Below are positions 36,605 to 44,194 of a stretch of DNA of 64,000 bases, piece by piece (position 1 is the first letter of the stretch; every line of letters starts with the position of its first letter). Position numbers and translations under genes: made by a program. The notes under the pieces were generated by a model, which worked only from the letters and a program-made list of their open reading frames with translations, was not told the origin of the DNA and did no database searches. Source of the stretch: a virus; the IMG/VR virus record IMGVR_UViG_3300029343_000516; one strand, given 5' to 3'.

Positions 36605-36880
36605 TCAAGACTTAACTGATTCAGCAACTTCATATCCATCATTACCTTTAATTGATACTTTAGTTGCTTTAACAATTCTCTCAACTGATGTTTCCATCTT
36701 AATATCAGGTATACATTCCAATTTAAAATGTAAACGTCTCATAGATTTTGGTAGATGCTCCAAGATATTTTCTGCCTTTTGCTTTTGAAATGTGTCTCTT
36801 GTTTTCTTTGTACAAGCAATTGGTTGTCCATTATTGAGCCTTATGTATACACCATTGTTGTTTACAATTGCGTATTCCAA
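36605..36880 (-). CDS. hypothetical protein (91 aa)
   Basis: ORF. Confidence 0.4.
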   Translation of the reverse strand: MEYAIVNNNGVYIRLNNGQPIACTKKTRDTFQKQKAENILEHLPKSMRRLHFKLECIPDIKMETSVERIVKATKVSIKGNDGYEVAESVKS

Positions 36881-36912
36881 TTTCTATCACCCTTTCTTCT
36901 TATTTATAATAA

Positions 36913-36969
36913 GAGGCATCAAGGAGTTGAACCTTACATAATTTGACTTTCCTGTAAAGCTGATGCCTC
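36913..36969 (-). ncRNA. tRNA-like minihelix lacking an anticodon arm
   Basis: 8-bp acceptor-like stem GAGGCAUC/GAUGCCUC, a small hairpin CUUU-ACAGG-AAAG and a T-arm-like AAGG-UUCAACU-CCUU whose loop fits the TΨC consensus. 57 nt, too short for a full tRNA. Confidence 0.35.
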
Positions 36970-37099
36970 ATCCGTTAGTGGATTAAACTATGGTAGAACT
37001 ATAGCAGCTACACATTCTGCTCTTACAAGGCAATATGTATGTACAAAGAAACAAGTACCTTGCGTACTGCACTTACATCGGGTGTGATTCAGTGCATAA

Positions 37100-37171
37100 C
37101 GGGGCTACTGGGATTCGAACCCAGAAATACATGGATCAAAACCATGTGCCTTGCCATTTGGCGATAACCCT
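37100..37171 (-). tRNA. tRNA-Gln (anticodon UUG), E. coli tRNA-Gln-like
   Basis: AGGGUUAUCGCCAAAUGGCAAGGCACAUGGUUUUGAUCCAUGUAUUUCUGGGUUCGAAUCCCAGUAGCCCCG is near-identical in architecture to E. coli tRNA-Gln (AUCGCCAAG...GGCA, loop UUUUGAU, T-arm CUGGG-UUCGAAU-CCCAG). A1·C72 mismatch, G73, no CCA. Confidence 0.75.
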
Positions 37172-37229
37172 ATAATTTATTAAATTTTGATTAAATATGT
37201 GAAAAATATGCTGAATTGCTTGAATTTAA

Positions 37230-37258
37230 TTGACATTCCATCAATTTATATGTATTAT
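37230..37258 (+). promoter_or_regulatory. sigma-70-like promoter TTGACA-N17-TATTAT (plus strand)
   Basis: Consensus -35 hexamer and near-consensus -10 with 17-nt spacing in a non-coding region. Confidence 0.45.
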
Positions 37259-37264
37259 AATTAT

Positions 37265-37363
37265 GAGCGTATTCCAGTACGTTCATAATACAATTCAACC
37301 AAATATTTTTAGGAAAGTCGAGCTAGTGTTCCAGCACTATGATGCTCGGCTTTCTCTTTTTGT
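37265..37363 (+). ncRNA. candidate small RNA (promoter to terminator, about 90-100 nt)
   Basis: Bounded by the promoter at 37230-37258 and the terminator at 37314-37363. No credible ORF. Confidence 0.3.
37314..37363 (+). terminator. rho-independent terminator (10-bp stem AAAGUCGAGC/GCUCGGCUUU plus U-tract)
   Basis: Perfect 10-bp stem, structured loop, followed by CUCUUUUUGU. An A-tract on the other side means it could also terminate the minus-strand gene ending at 37478. Confidence 0.6.
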
Positions 37364-37477
37364 ATCTCACATTTTATATATTAGAACGTTCGTTCGATTT
37401 TGTCAATACTTTTATCGAACATTCATTCTGTTTTTTATATAATATCACGTTACGAGTCCCAAATTCTGCTCTCGTAA

Positions 37478-37744
37478 CTATTTTCTTGAAAGAATTGTAT
37501 GTAAATATCCCCTTGGCGTTTCTTCTTGGATTTCTGAAAAAACTTTAAGCCCATTGGAAAATTCATCACATACCCTTGCGATGCTTGCAGCTTCTTCCAA
37601 GATATTTGTGCAGTCGCAAAATTTCTTTTTACAAAATCCAACATTCACATCAGGTTTTGCTAAATCCTGCTTCGCTACTAATACAATAGCATCTTTTTTT
37701 GCAAACTTTTTCGCTTCTTCCAGCGACATTTTAATATATTCCAT
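37478..37744 (-). CDS. hypothetical protein (88 aa), co-transcribed with the MazF-like toxin (possible cognate partner)
   Basis: Start is 2 nt after the toxin stop; CxC pair. Confidence 0.4.
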   Translation of the reverse strand: MEYIKMSLEEAKKFAKKDAIVLVAKQDLAKPDVNVGFCKKKFCDCTNILEEAASIARVCDEFSNGLKVFSEIQEETPRGYLHTILSRK

Positions 37745-37745
37745 A

Positions 37746-38108
37746 TTAAGCCTCCTCTAATTGCCCGAAATTAGCATCGTATACTGCTTTGACTTTTATT
37801 TTCTCTTGTAATTTAGTGATAGTACCTAACTTCTTCATTATTCTCTTTTTTGAAACTTGCCTAACGCATTCACCAAGAATCATTGAATCTTTAGTTAATC
37901 CTTTGCCTAAATCCTTATGAAAGAAAGAATGTGTCGGTTGCTGAAGATGTTTTATTTTACTTGTAAATGGAATTACAATTGTTGTATCAGAATAAATATT
38001 GCCATAAGCATTCTGAATTACAACTGCTGGTCTTATACCGCCTTGCTCTCCAGCAAAGACCACATCTCCGAAATCAACTCTTACAATATCAAAAGTATTT
38101 ATTTCCAT
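37746..38108 (-). CDS. mazF: MazF/PemK-family endoribonuclease toxin
   Basis: FDIVRVDFGDVVFAGEQGGIRPAVVIQN and ILGECVRQVSKKR match the PemK/MazF fold signature (GDIV.VDF.....E..K.RPAVVIS). 120 aa. Confidence 0.65.
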   Translation of the reverse strand: MEINTFDIVRVDFGDVVFAGEQGGIRPAVVIQNAYGNIYSDTTIVIPFTSKIKHLQQPTHSFFHKDLGKGLTKDSMILGECVRQVSKKRIMKKLGTITKLQEKIKVKAVYDANFGQLEEA

Positions 38109-38257
38109 ATATCACATCCTCCTTTCTTATATTGAGTATTCATAACTACCTTGGATTACCTTTGATACTTCGTATTATATACCTATACATATTATATGTC
38201 AACATATAATATTGAAAAATATAATATTTTTTGATATTATATTAATAAGTAATTCAC

Positions 38258-38476
38258 ATGGAGGTATTATATATGAAATTAAATGTGAAACAAATTCTTG
38301 AAAAACAAGGCAAAACTCCATATTGGTTATCTAAGGTTACAGGAATTTCTAACAATAATATTAGCAATATTTGCAATGGTGACACAAAAAGTATTCGACT
38401 TGACACCATTGAGAAAATATGTCATGCACTAAATTGCACACCAAATGATATTTTCACCAACGACACTAATAAATAA
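38258..38476 (+). CDS. XRE-family HTH transcriptional regulator (Cro/CI-like, 72 aa)
   Basis: HTH_3 pattern QGKTPYWLSKVTGISNNNISNICNG. The only convincing plus-strand gene. Preceded by GGAGGT. Confidence 0.65.
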   Translation: MEVLYMKLNVKQILEKQGKTPYWLSKVTGISNNNISNICNGDTKSIRLDTIEKICHALNCTPNDIFTNDTNK

Positions 38477-38669
38477 ATTTAACGAGATCAAATGGTTGCA
38501 CTTCCATTGCTTTAGCAACCAAATCAAGTACAGCTAAGTCAGGAACAGCACTTCCATTTTCCCATTTACTGATTGTACTTGGTGCAATGTCAGACATTTT
38601 CGCAAGCCCTCTTACTGTTATTCTCTTTTCAGTTCTGATTTTCTTTCCAATATATTTAACCATAATCAC
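38466..38669 (-). CDS. XRE-family HTH transcriptional regulator (67 aa)
   Basis: ITVRGLAKMSDIAPSTISKWENG HTH_3 pattern. Convergent with, and overlapping, the plus-strand HTH gene. Confidence 0.6.
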   Translation of the reverse strand: MIMVKYIGKKIRTEKRITVRGLAKMSDIAPSTISKWENGSAVPDLAVLDLVAKAMEVQPFDLVKFIY

Positions 38670-39694
38670 ATCTCCATCAATTTCTCTTTCATTCCAACAG
38701 CTCCGTTTGCATAATTATTAACTGTTGTATTTACACTACTATGCCCCAACTGTTGTTGCACAAATGCAAGATTTCCATTCTGATTCATTATACTAGCATA
38801 ATAATGTCGCATCATATGTGGAGTAATACCATTTCCATAATTCTCAAATATCTGTTTGATATTTCTTTCCGTGGTACGTGTGCCATTCTTATTAATAAAA
38901 ACTGCTTCTTTGTCTACAATATTATTCAATGTGTTTCTATACTCTAGCCATTCTCTTAATGCTTTCAGAGCAGATCCAGTAAGATATACAGGTCTTTTTT
39001 CAGTTTCTCTTTGATATCCTTTTGGTAAAACCATAATATGTGACATATCATTAAGATCAATATATTCACTATTTTCATCTAAATGCAAATCTGATAAATC
39101 CAAACCAGCAAGTTCAGACTCTCTTATTCCAGTTCCTCTTAAGACACGAAAAATAGCAATATTCCTATTCCTTACACATTCATCCTTTTTCCACATTATT
39201 TTTTCTTCCATACCATTAAGCTGATTTTCTGTTGGAAGTTTTTGTGTTAAGTTGTTTTTAGAAGATATCCCTTTATATTTTATTTGTTTACTAAAATCTT
39301 CCATACTGTTATAAAGTTCTCTCAATAAACATTCTCTATATGAATATACATTTTTTATAAAACTTTTTATAATATTCTTTCTTGTTTCCGTTGTGGTTGG
39401 CGACATTCCATTTGTTTCCTTATATCTAAGGTATGAACTAATATTTTGTGGTCGCAAGTCGCTAAAATCAGAAACTTCTATTTCAGAAATTGATTTCTTA
39501 TTAATAATATTACTTTCAATCAACCACTGTAAAAAATCTTTAATTGCTACTAAATAATTTAACGCTCCGTTCTTGCTTTCCAACTCATTCAAGTAATCTC
39601 TTAAAAACTGTGGTGCATTTAACTCATCCAACTTCCTATTAAGCTTTTCAGCATTTTTATTTTGCACTTCTATCTTATAACACATAATTATCAC
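38666..39694 (-). CDS. int: tyrosine site-specific recombinase / integrase
   Basis: Catalytic R (VLRGTGIRESEL), HxxR (HMMRHYYAS), LGH box (LGHSSVNTT) and the Tyr nucleophile (NNY). 342 aa with an N-terminal SAM-like domain. Confidence 0.85.
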   Translation of the reverse strand: MIIMCYKIEVQNKNAEKLNRKLDELNAPQFLRDYLNELESKNGALNYLVAIKDFLQWLIESNIINKKSISEIEVSDFSDLRPQNISSYLRYKETNGMSPTTTETRKNIIKSFIKNVYSYRECLLRELYNSMEDFSKQIKYKGISSKNNLTQKLPTENQLNGMEEKIMWKKDECVRNRNIAIFRVLRGTGIRESELAGLDLSDLHLDENSEYIDLNDMSHIMVLPKGYQRETEKRPVYLTGSALKALREWLEYRNTLNNIVDKEAVFINKNGTRTTERNIKQIFENYGNGITPHMMRHYYASIMNQNGNLAFVQQQLGHSSVNTTVNNYANGAVGMKEKLMEM

Positions 39695-40005
39695 TCCCTT
39701 GTATAATCTGCTATCGCTTTTGCAATAGCTTTAGCTGCCATTTTACTCTTTAATGATTTCTGAATAGATTCTGTATTCCAAGGGACATCACTAAACTCAG
39801 CTAACTCACCACCACAATTCCAATTCGGAATACTAAAGAATCCTCCATTTACATATTCTCCGAAAATCACACTATAATAATTTCCATTATATTCAACACC
39901 TATATGGTGAATATTTTCAACATAAGCATCACCATTATAACCGATTTTATAATTTTCCATATTAATCAACCTCACTTTCCTACATACATATTCTCTGTTT
40001 TCCAT
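39691..40005 (-). CDS. hypothetical protein (104 aa)
   Basis: ORF. Confidence 0.4.
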   Translation of the reverse strand: MENREYVCRKVRLINMENYKIGYNGDAYVENIHHIGVEYNGNYYSVIFGEYVNGGFFSIPNWNCGGELAEFSDVPWNTESIQKSLKSKMAAKAIAKAIADYTRE

Positions 40006-40271
40006 TCAGGTAGCAGCTCATTATTCTCATCATAATATTTTGACTTAATTTTCTTTGCATATTCCATTCGCTCATCAAAATCATCGCACCACCTGACTTC
40101 AAGATTTTTAGTTCTCATTTGCAATTTTGTACATAGACAACACAAGTTTTTTACATGATCCTTTTCTCTCATATTCGGTCTACGAATTTTATCACCAACT
40201 TGATTTTTGCTAAGACATCTTAAACAGATAAACTCACTTGCTCTGCTCGTATTGTCGTGTCGTTTACTCAT
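39972..40271 (-). CDS. hypothetical Cys-rich basic protein (99 aa)
   Basis: ORF. Confidence 0.4.
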   Translation of the reverse strand: MSKRHDNTSRASEFICLRCLSKNQVGDKIRRPNMREKDHVKNLCCLCTKLQMRTKNLEVRWCDDFDERMEYAKKIKSKYYDENNELLPEWKTENMYVGK

Positions 40272-40373
40272 AATTTTATTTACCTCGTTTTCTATACTAA
40301 AAAAGAAGCAGTTAATTCCTGCTTCTATTGCTTATTTCTATATTTAATTCGCTTTCAATAAGAAAGCAATTTT

Positions 40374-40787
40374 TCATTTGATTAATGTATCTACATCAAT
40401 ATTTGTTTTAAAAATAACAAACGATCTTGACTTCATTAATTCATCCGTTTTCTTGGCAGCTTCTCTCCAATCTAATCCTTCATAATCTCTTTTTGAAATT
40501 TCGATAAAATCAGTTTCGTAAATTTTCTTATGAGTCTTTTTTATATCAACACATCCACTACTATTCAGTTCAGGTCTTCGTATTTTTACAACATATGCAT
40601 CATATTTTGTGTCGATTATAAGTACACTTGCCATTTCACAGATTCTTTTATCTGGTAATCTACTTATAAGTTTTGTTCTAATATCTCTAATATCCTCTTT
40701 ATATAAATGTGGCTCATAAACACAATCTACAAAGCTTCCAAGCACCTTCATATTATTACCTCCAAATTTCCCATAAGAAATCGTCAT
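40374..40787 (-). CDS. hypothetical protein (137 aa)
   Basis: ORF. Confidence 0.4.
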   Translation of the reverse strand: MTISYGKFGGNNMKVLGSFVDCVYEPHLYKEDIRDIRTKLISRLPDKRICEMASVLIIDTKYDAYVVKIRRPELNSSGCVDIKKTHKKIYETDFIEISKRDYEGLDWREAAKKTDELMKSRSFVIFKTNIDVDTLIK

Positions 40788-40990
40788 TTCTTAAACATCA
40801 ATTCTTCAACTTCCTGCTTTATCATACTTATTTCAGATAAATCATACGATTCAATCATTTTCTCTAATTCATTAGATAATCCAGACATTTGTGATAAATC
40901 TTCAATAGCTCTTTCCATATGTTCATAAGCTAAATCTAAATTGTTCCACACGGTATCTAAATTATTTTGCGTTTTATTAATTCGACTCAT
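40784..40990 (-). CDS. hypothetical protein (68 aa)
   Basis: ORF. Confidence 0.35.
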   Translation of the reverse strand: MSRINKTQNNLDTVWNNLDLAYEHMERAIEDLSQMSGLSNELEKMIESYDLSEISMIKQEVEELMFKK

Positions 40991-41380
40991 TTATACCACC
41001 TCTTCTAATCTTCCAAGTAAATCATTCTTTACTTCGATTATTGTATTCAACCTTGATTCAGTTTCAGTAACCTCACAAGCTTCTACATTATAAGTCATTT
41101 GCTTTTCTAGGTCAGATTCAAGTCTGTCAATTTCTGTATCAAGCTCACCAATATATTCTTTTATCTTTTCTCTCATATCTAGCTCATTAACAAAATCAAC
41201 TCCACCAAAATCCTCTTTAGTTAGTTCTCTCCCACACTTAGGACAAAATCTAAAGCGATTATCATTATTGACTTGTTTTTTACTTCCTGAAAAAGCAATT
41301 CCTGTCATATCTAAATATTTATCAATTTGAACCATTCTAAAATCATATTTTCCACCACATAATTCACAATTATTATTCAT
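40991..41380 (-). CDS. zinc-ribbon plus coiled-coil protein (129 aa)
   Basis: CELCGG ... CPKCG. Confidence 0.4.
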   Translation of the reverse strand: MNNNCELCGGKYDFRMVQIDKYLDMTGIAFSGSKKQVNNDNRFRFCPKCGRELTKEDFGGVDFVNELDMREKIKEYIGELDTEIDRLESDLEKQMTYNVEACEVTETESRLNTIIEVKNDLLGRLEEVV

Positions 41381-41418
41381 TATCTTTCACCTCCAAAGGA
41401 AAGTTAAAATTGCTTGCC

Positions 41419-42123
41419 TTATTTGCTTTCAATATCAACTGGATTTTCCAATTTTAAAATTTCATCTCTATGCTCTACCAACGCAGCACTTGCAATAGCA
41501 TTTATTTTATTCTGGCAAAATGACTCAATTTCACCTTTTGCTTCCATAACAGTTTTATCCATCTGTTCATTGAACTGGTCTGCAATAAAATCCAAATCAC
41601 ATCCAATATCCATACTTAATTTTCTAAGTTTAGATATTACAGCTTCTTTGTCTGCCTTTGTTAGTGCCTTTTTCTGTGAAAACAAATCAGTCACATCCTG
41701 AATTAACTGCTGTGCCTCATTCATTGCTTCCTTTGTTTTATCTTTGAATTCATCAGTAAACTGTTCTCTTTTACTAACAAAATCACATGGAGGTATTTTA
41801 CCATCTTTTTCAGTATAGCGAATTGTTACTGGAATTCCTGTTTCTTGTCCAAAAGATGTAATTGCCTCGGCAAATTGTGAATAACTCATTTCGACTTTTA
41901 CAATAGGCTTGTTGCCAAAAATATCGTCACGATTTAACCCTCTTGTAATATCAGCATGTCTAAGTTCCATTGTAATTACATTACTATGTTCAATGCTACT
42001 TCCAAATAAAGGTGTCTTTCCACCATAAGCTCTGTTAAATAACAAAGTACCATAACTAGGATGGCTTGTTTTTGTTCCAAATTTTGTTTCTTCTACTTTA
42101 TATTCATTTTCCATATATTTCAT
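41419..42123 (-). CDS. hypothetical protein (234 aa)
   Basis: ORF. Confidence 0.45.
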   Translation of the reverse strand: MKYMENEYKVEETKFGTKTSHPSYGTLLFNRAYGGKTPLFGSSIEHSNVITMELRHADITRGLNRDDIFGNKPIVKVEMSYSQFAEAITSFGQETGIPVTIRYTEKDGKIPPCDFVSKREQFTDEFKDKTKEAMNEAQQLIQDVTDLFSQKKALTKADKEAVISKLRKLSMDIGCDLDFIADQFNEQMDKTVMEAKGEIESFCQNKINAIASAALVEHRDEILKLENPVDIESK

Positions 42124-42354
42124 TCTCCTTCCATAATAAACTTAGAGTTCCTACTATTTACTTTCGATAATTACATTGATTCCGTCAAGTTTCAATTCTC
42201 TTGCTATATTCTCTGCATTATACCAATCAAATTTTTCTGCATTATCTTTTGATACCCATGCACCATTATTGTAGTATTTAATATCATTTTCTTTTTTTAT
42301 GATATATTTACACATAATATATTCTCCCTGCTCACATAAAAACTTGTTTTCCTA

Positions 42355-42600
42355 CTATTTTTCATAATAACTACATGGTACTTCACATTCTCCAGAGGAC
42401 GTACATGCAGGATTTTTACCACACAATCCATTTCCTAGCATATATTTACACCCTTCTTTTCTTGTACCAATATTTCTCGAACCACAATTATTACAATGAT
42501 ATGATTTCTCTTTTTCATCATATCGAATATCCATATTTCCGCAATCCAAACAAATCATATTTTTATTCTCCATTCTTCTAAAGGATCTATTACAAACCAA
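42355..42600 (-). CDS. zinc-finger protein (81 aa)
   Basis: CLDCG ... CNNCG ... further Cys. Confidence 0.4.
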   Translation of the reverse strand: MVCNRSFRRMENKNMICLDCGNMDIRYDEKEKSYHCNNCGSRNIGTRKEGCKYMLGNGLCGKNPACTSSGECEVPCSYYEK

Positions 42601-43000
42601 TCATTTTTTCAAAATACATTGCTGCTTTACCATTTCCACCTTCATGTTTATATCCAATACATCCAATTAATGCAGAATCAAGAGATAAATATGAATGGTT
42701 TGTATCACTGTAGTTAATGTATCCATGATAATATGTTTTCTTATCTCTTTTATCAATATACTCTACAATCTGATATTCTCCAATGCAATGTATCTTGATC
42801 ACATTGCCCCATGTAAATTCTTTTTCTATCAGTTCCAACTTTTCATCGTGTGTTGCTTCTCTTACATCCTTATCTGTAATTGTATCCAGTAAACTAAATG
42901 AACAACTTCCATAATTACACGGATGAAACTTAAAATCATTTTCGTTTTTTACTACTGTTCCAATCTGATTTTTGTATACAACAATGTCTCCATATTTCAT
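42590..43000 (-). CDS. hypothetical protein (136 aa)
   Basis: ORF. Confidence 0.4.
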   Translation of the reverse strand: MKYGDIVVYKNQIGTVVKNENDFKFHPCNYGSCSFSLLDTITDKDVREATHDEKLELIEKEFTWGNVIKIHCIGEYQIVEYIDKRDKKTYYHGYINYSDTNHSYLSLDSALIGCIGYKHEGGNGKAAMYFEKMIGL

Positions 43001-43081
43001 ATAAATACCTCCAATTTTCTAATGAAACTATTATTTCTCGCTTTTATTTTAGCATGTAAAATGCATACTGTCGGTATTCAT

Positions 43082-43714
43082 TTACCAATCTTCACCCCAT
43101 AATTTCTTAGTCACATTAAAATCACTTGGCATTGTCCTACATTTTAAACATCCAAAATTCAACTTGTTAAATTCTTCCTCTGTAATTTCAGTGCCCATAT
43201 CTCCTTCAACAGTCGTATCATAATCAAGTTTTCCCTGACATTCTGGACGAAAATACCATACTCTATAAAATTCTTTTCCAGTTTTTCTATTTTTTCCGCT
43301 AAACAAACAAGTAATTGTTCTTCCTGAACTAATTTCGGTTGTTACTATTTTCCCAAAATAAGGATTATACTGTCCATATGAATTGTATCCTCTCTTGATA
43401 TTATTTTGTTTGTCACGTTCACTCATTTCCAATAACTGCTGCGTACCTCTTCCGTAAGAAGTGTTATACACTCTGCTACTATTCACTCCAACAGTTGAAT
43501 ACAACTTAACTCCATTTCTGTCCGTTGTTTCAACTCTCTTTACTCGCTCACCGTTGATATAATCATTGCACAATCTGTCCATATAATGCACATTTCCATC
43601 TTTATCAACTGTACGAGTTGTTTTCTTCATGTCATAATTATCATAAGCTGCCTTTGCAGCACTTCCTGCATAAATTCCTAAGAATGCTAATAGTCCTCCG
43701 AACATATTCATCAA
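43082..43714 (-). CDS. hypothetical secreted/membrane-anchored protein (210 aa)
   Basis: N-terminal hydrophobic segment MMNMFGGLLAFLGIYAGSAAKA. Confidence 0.45.
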   Translation of the reverse strand: MMNMFGGLLAFLGIYAGSAAKAAYDNYDMKKTTRTVDKDGNVHYMDRLCNDYINGERVKRVETTDRNGVKLYSTVGVNSSRVYNTSYGRGTQQLLEMSERDKQNNIKRGYNSYGQYNPYFGKIVTTEISSGRTITCLFSGKNRKTGKEFYRVWYFRPECQGKLDYDTTVEGDMGTEITEEEFNKLNFGCLKCRTMPSDFNVTKKLWGEDW

Positions 43715-43728
43715 CCACCTTTCTTATA

Positions 43729-43881
43729 TTATTTTCTCCATTTATCCATTTCGTCTACAGACTTCTTATTAAGATTGTTATACATATCTTGTCTCTTTTT
43801 TGCTTCATCTTCCTGACTAGCTTTCCAAGGAAGATATATACATAAATATCCTGCAATCAAACATCCAATTAACTGTGCCAT
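43729..43881 (-). CDS. possible small membrane protein (50 aa)
   Basis: Unlisted ORF MAQLIGCLIAGYLCIYLPWKAS... Confidence 0.3.
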   Translation of the reverse strand: MAQLIGCLIAGYLCIYLPWKASQEDEAKKRQDMYNNLNKKSVDEMDKWRK

Positions 43882-44194
43882 AATAACTACCTCCGTTATC
43901 TTATTTCCGTTACCATATTACTACTTTTATTATATCACTACTATTTCATTATTAATAGTATCAAAAATCTCGTAGAAATTCTCTTCATAAATATTATCCA
44001 GTTTATCAGCTTCCTCATACTCATTAAGGGCATACATCGCAGCTTCCAACGAATCGAAACTATCTATGACATTTCCACCCTGTCCATCTCTGATTTCAAA
44101 CATACAATCACCTCCATTATATTATTCTCCACTAAAAAACAGACAACCTTTCGATTGCCTGTTTCAAGTCACATATTCAATTTACAATTTTATA

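Noticed and set aside
36900-37180. tmRNA (ssrA) spanning the tRNA-like element and tRNA-Gln
   Set aside because: The T-arm/acceptor module is at the wrong end for a tmRNA. There is no resume codon, tag ORF or pseudoknot series. tRNA-Gln folds as a complete cloverleaf on its own.
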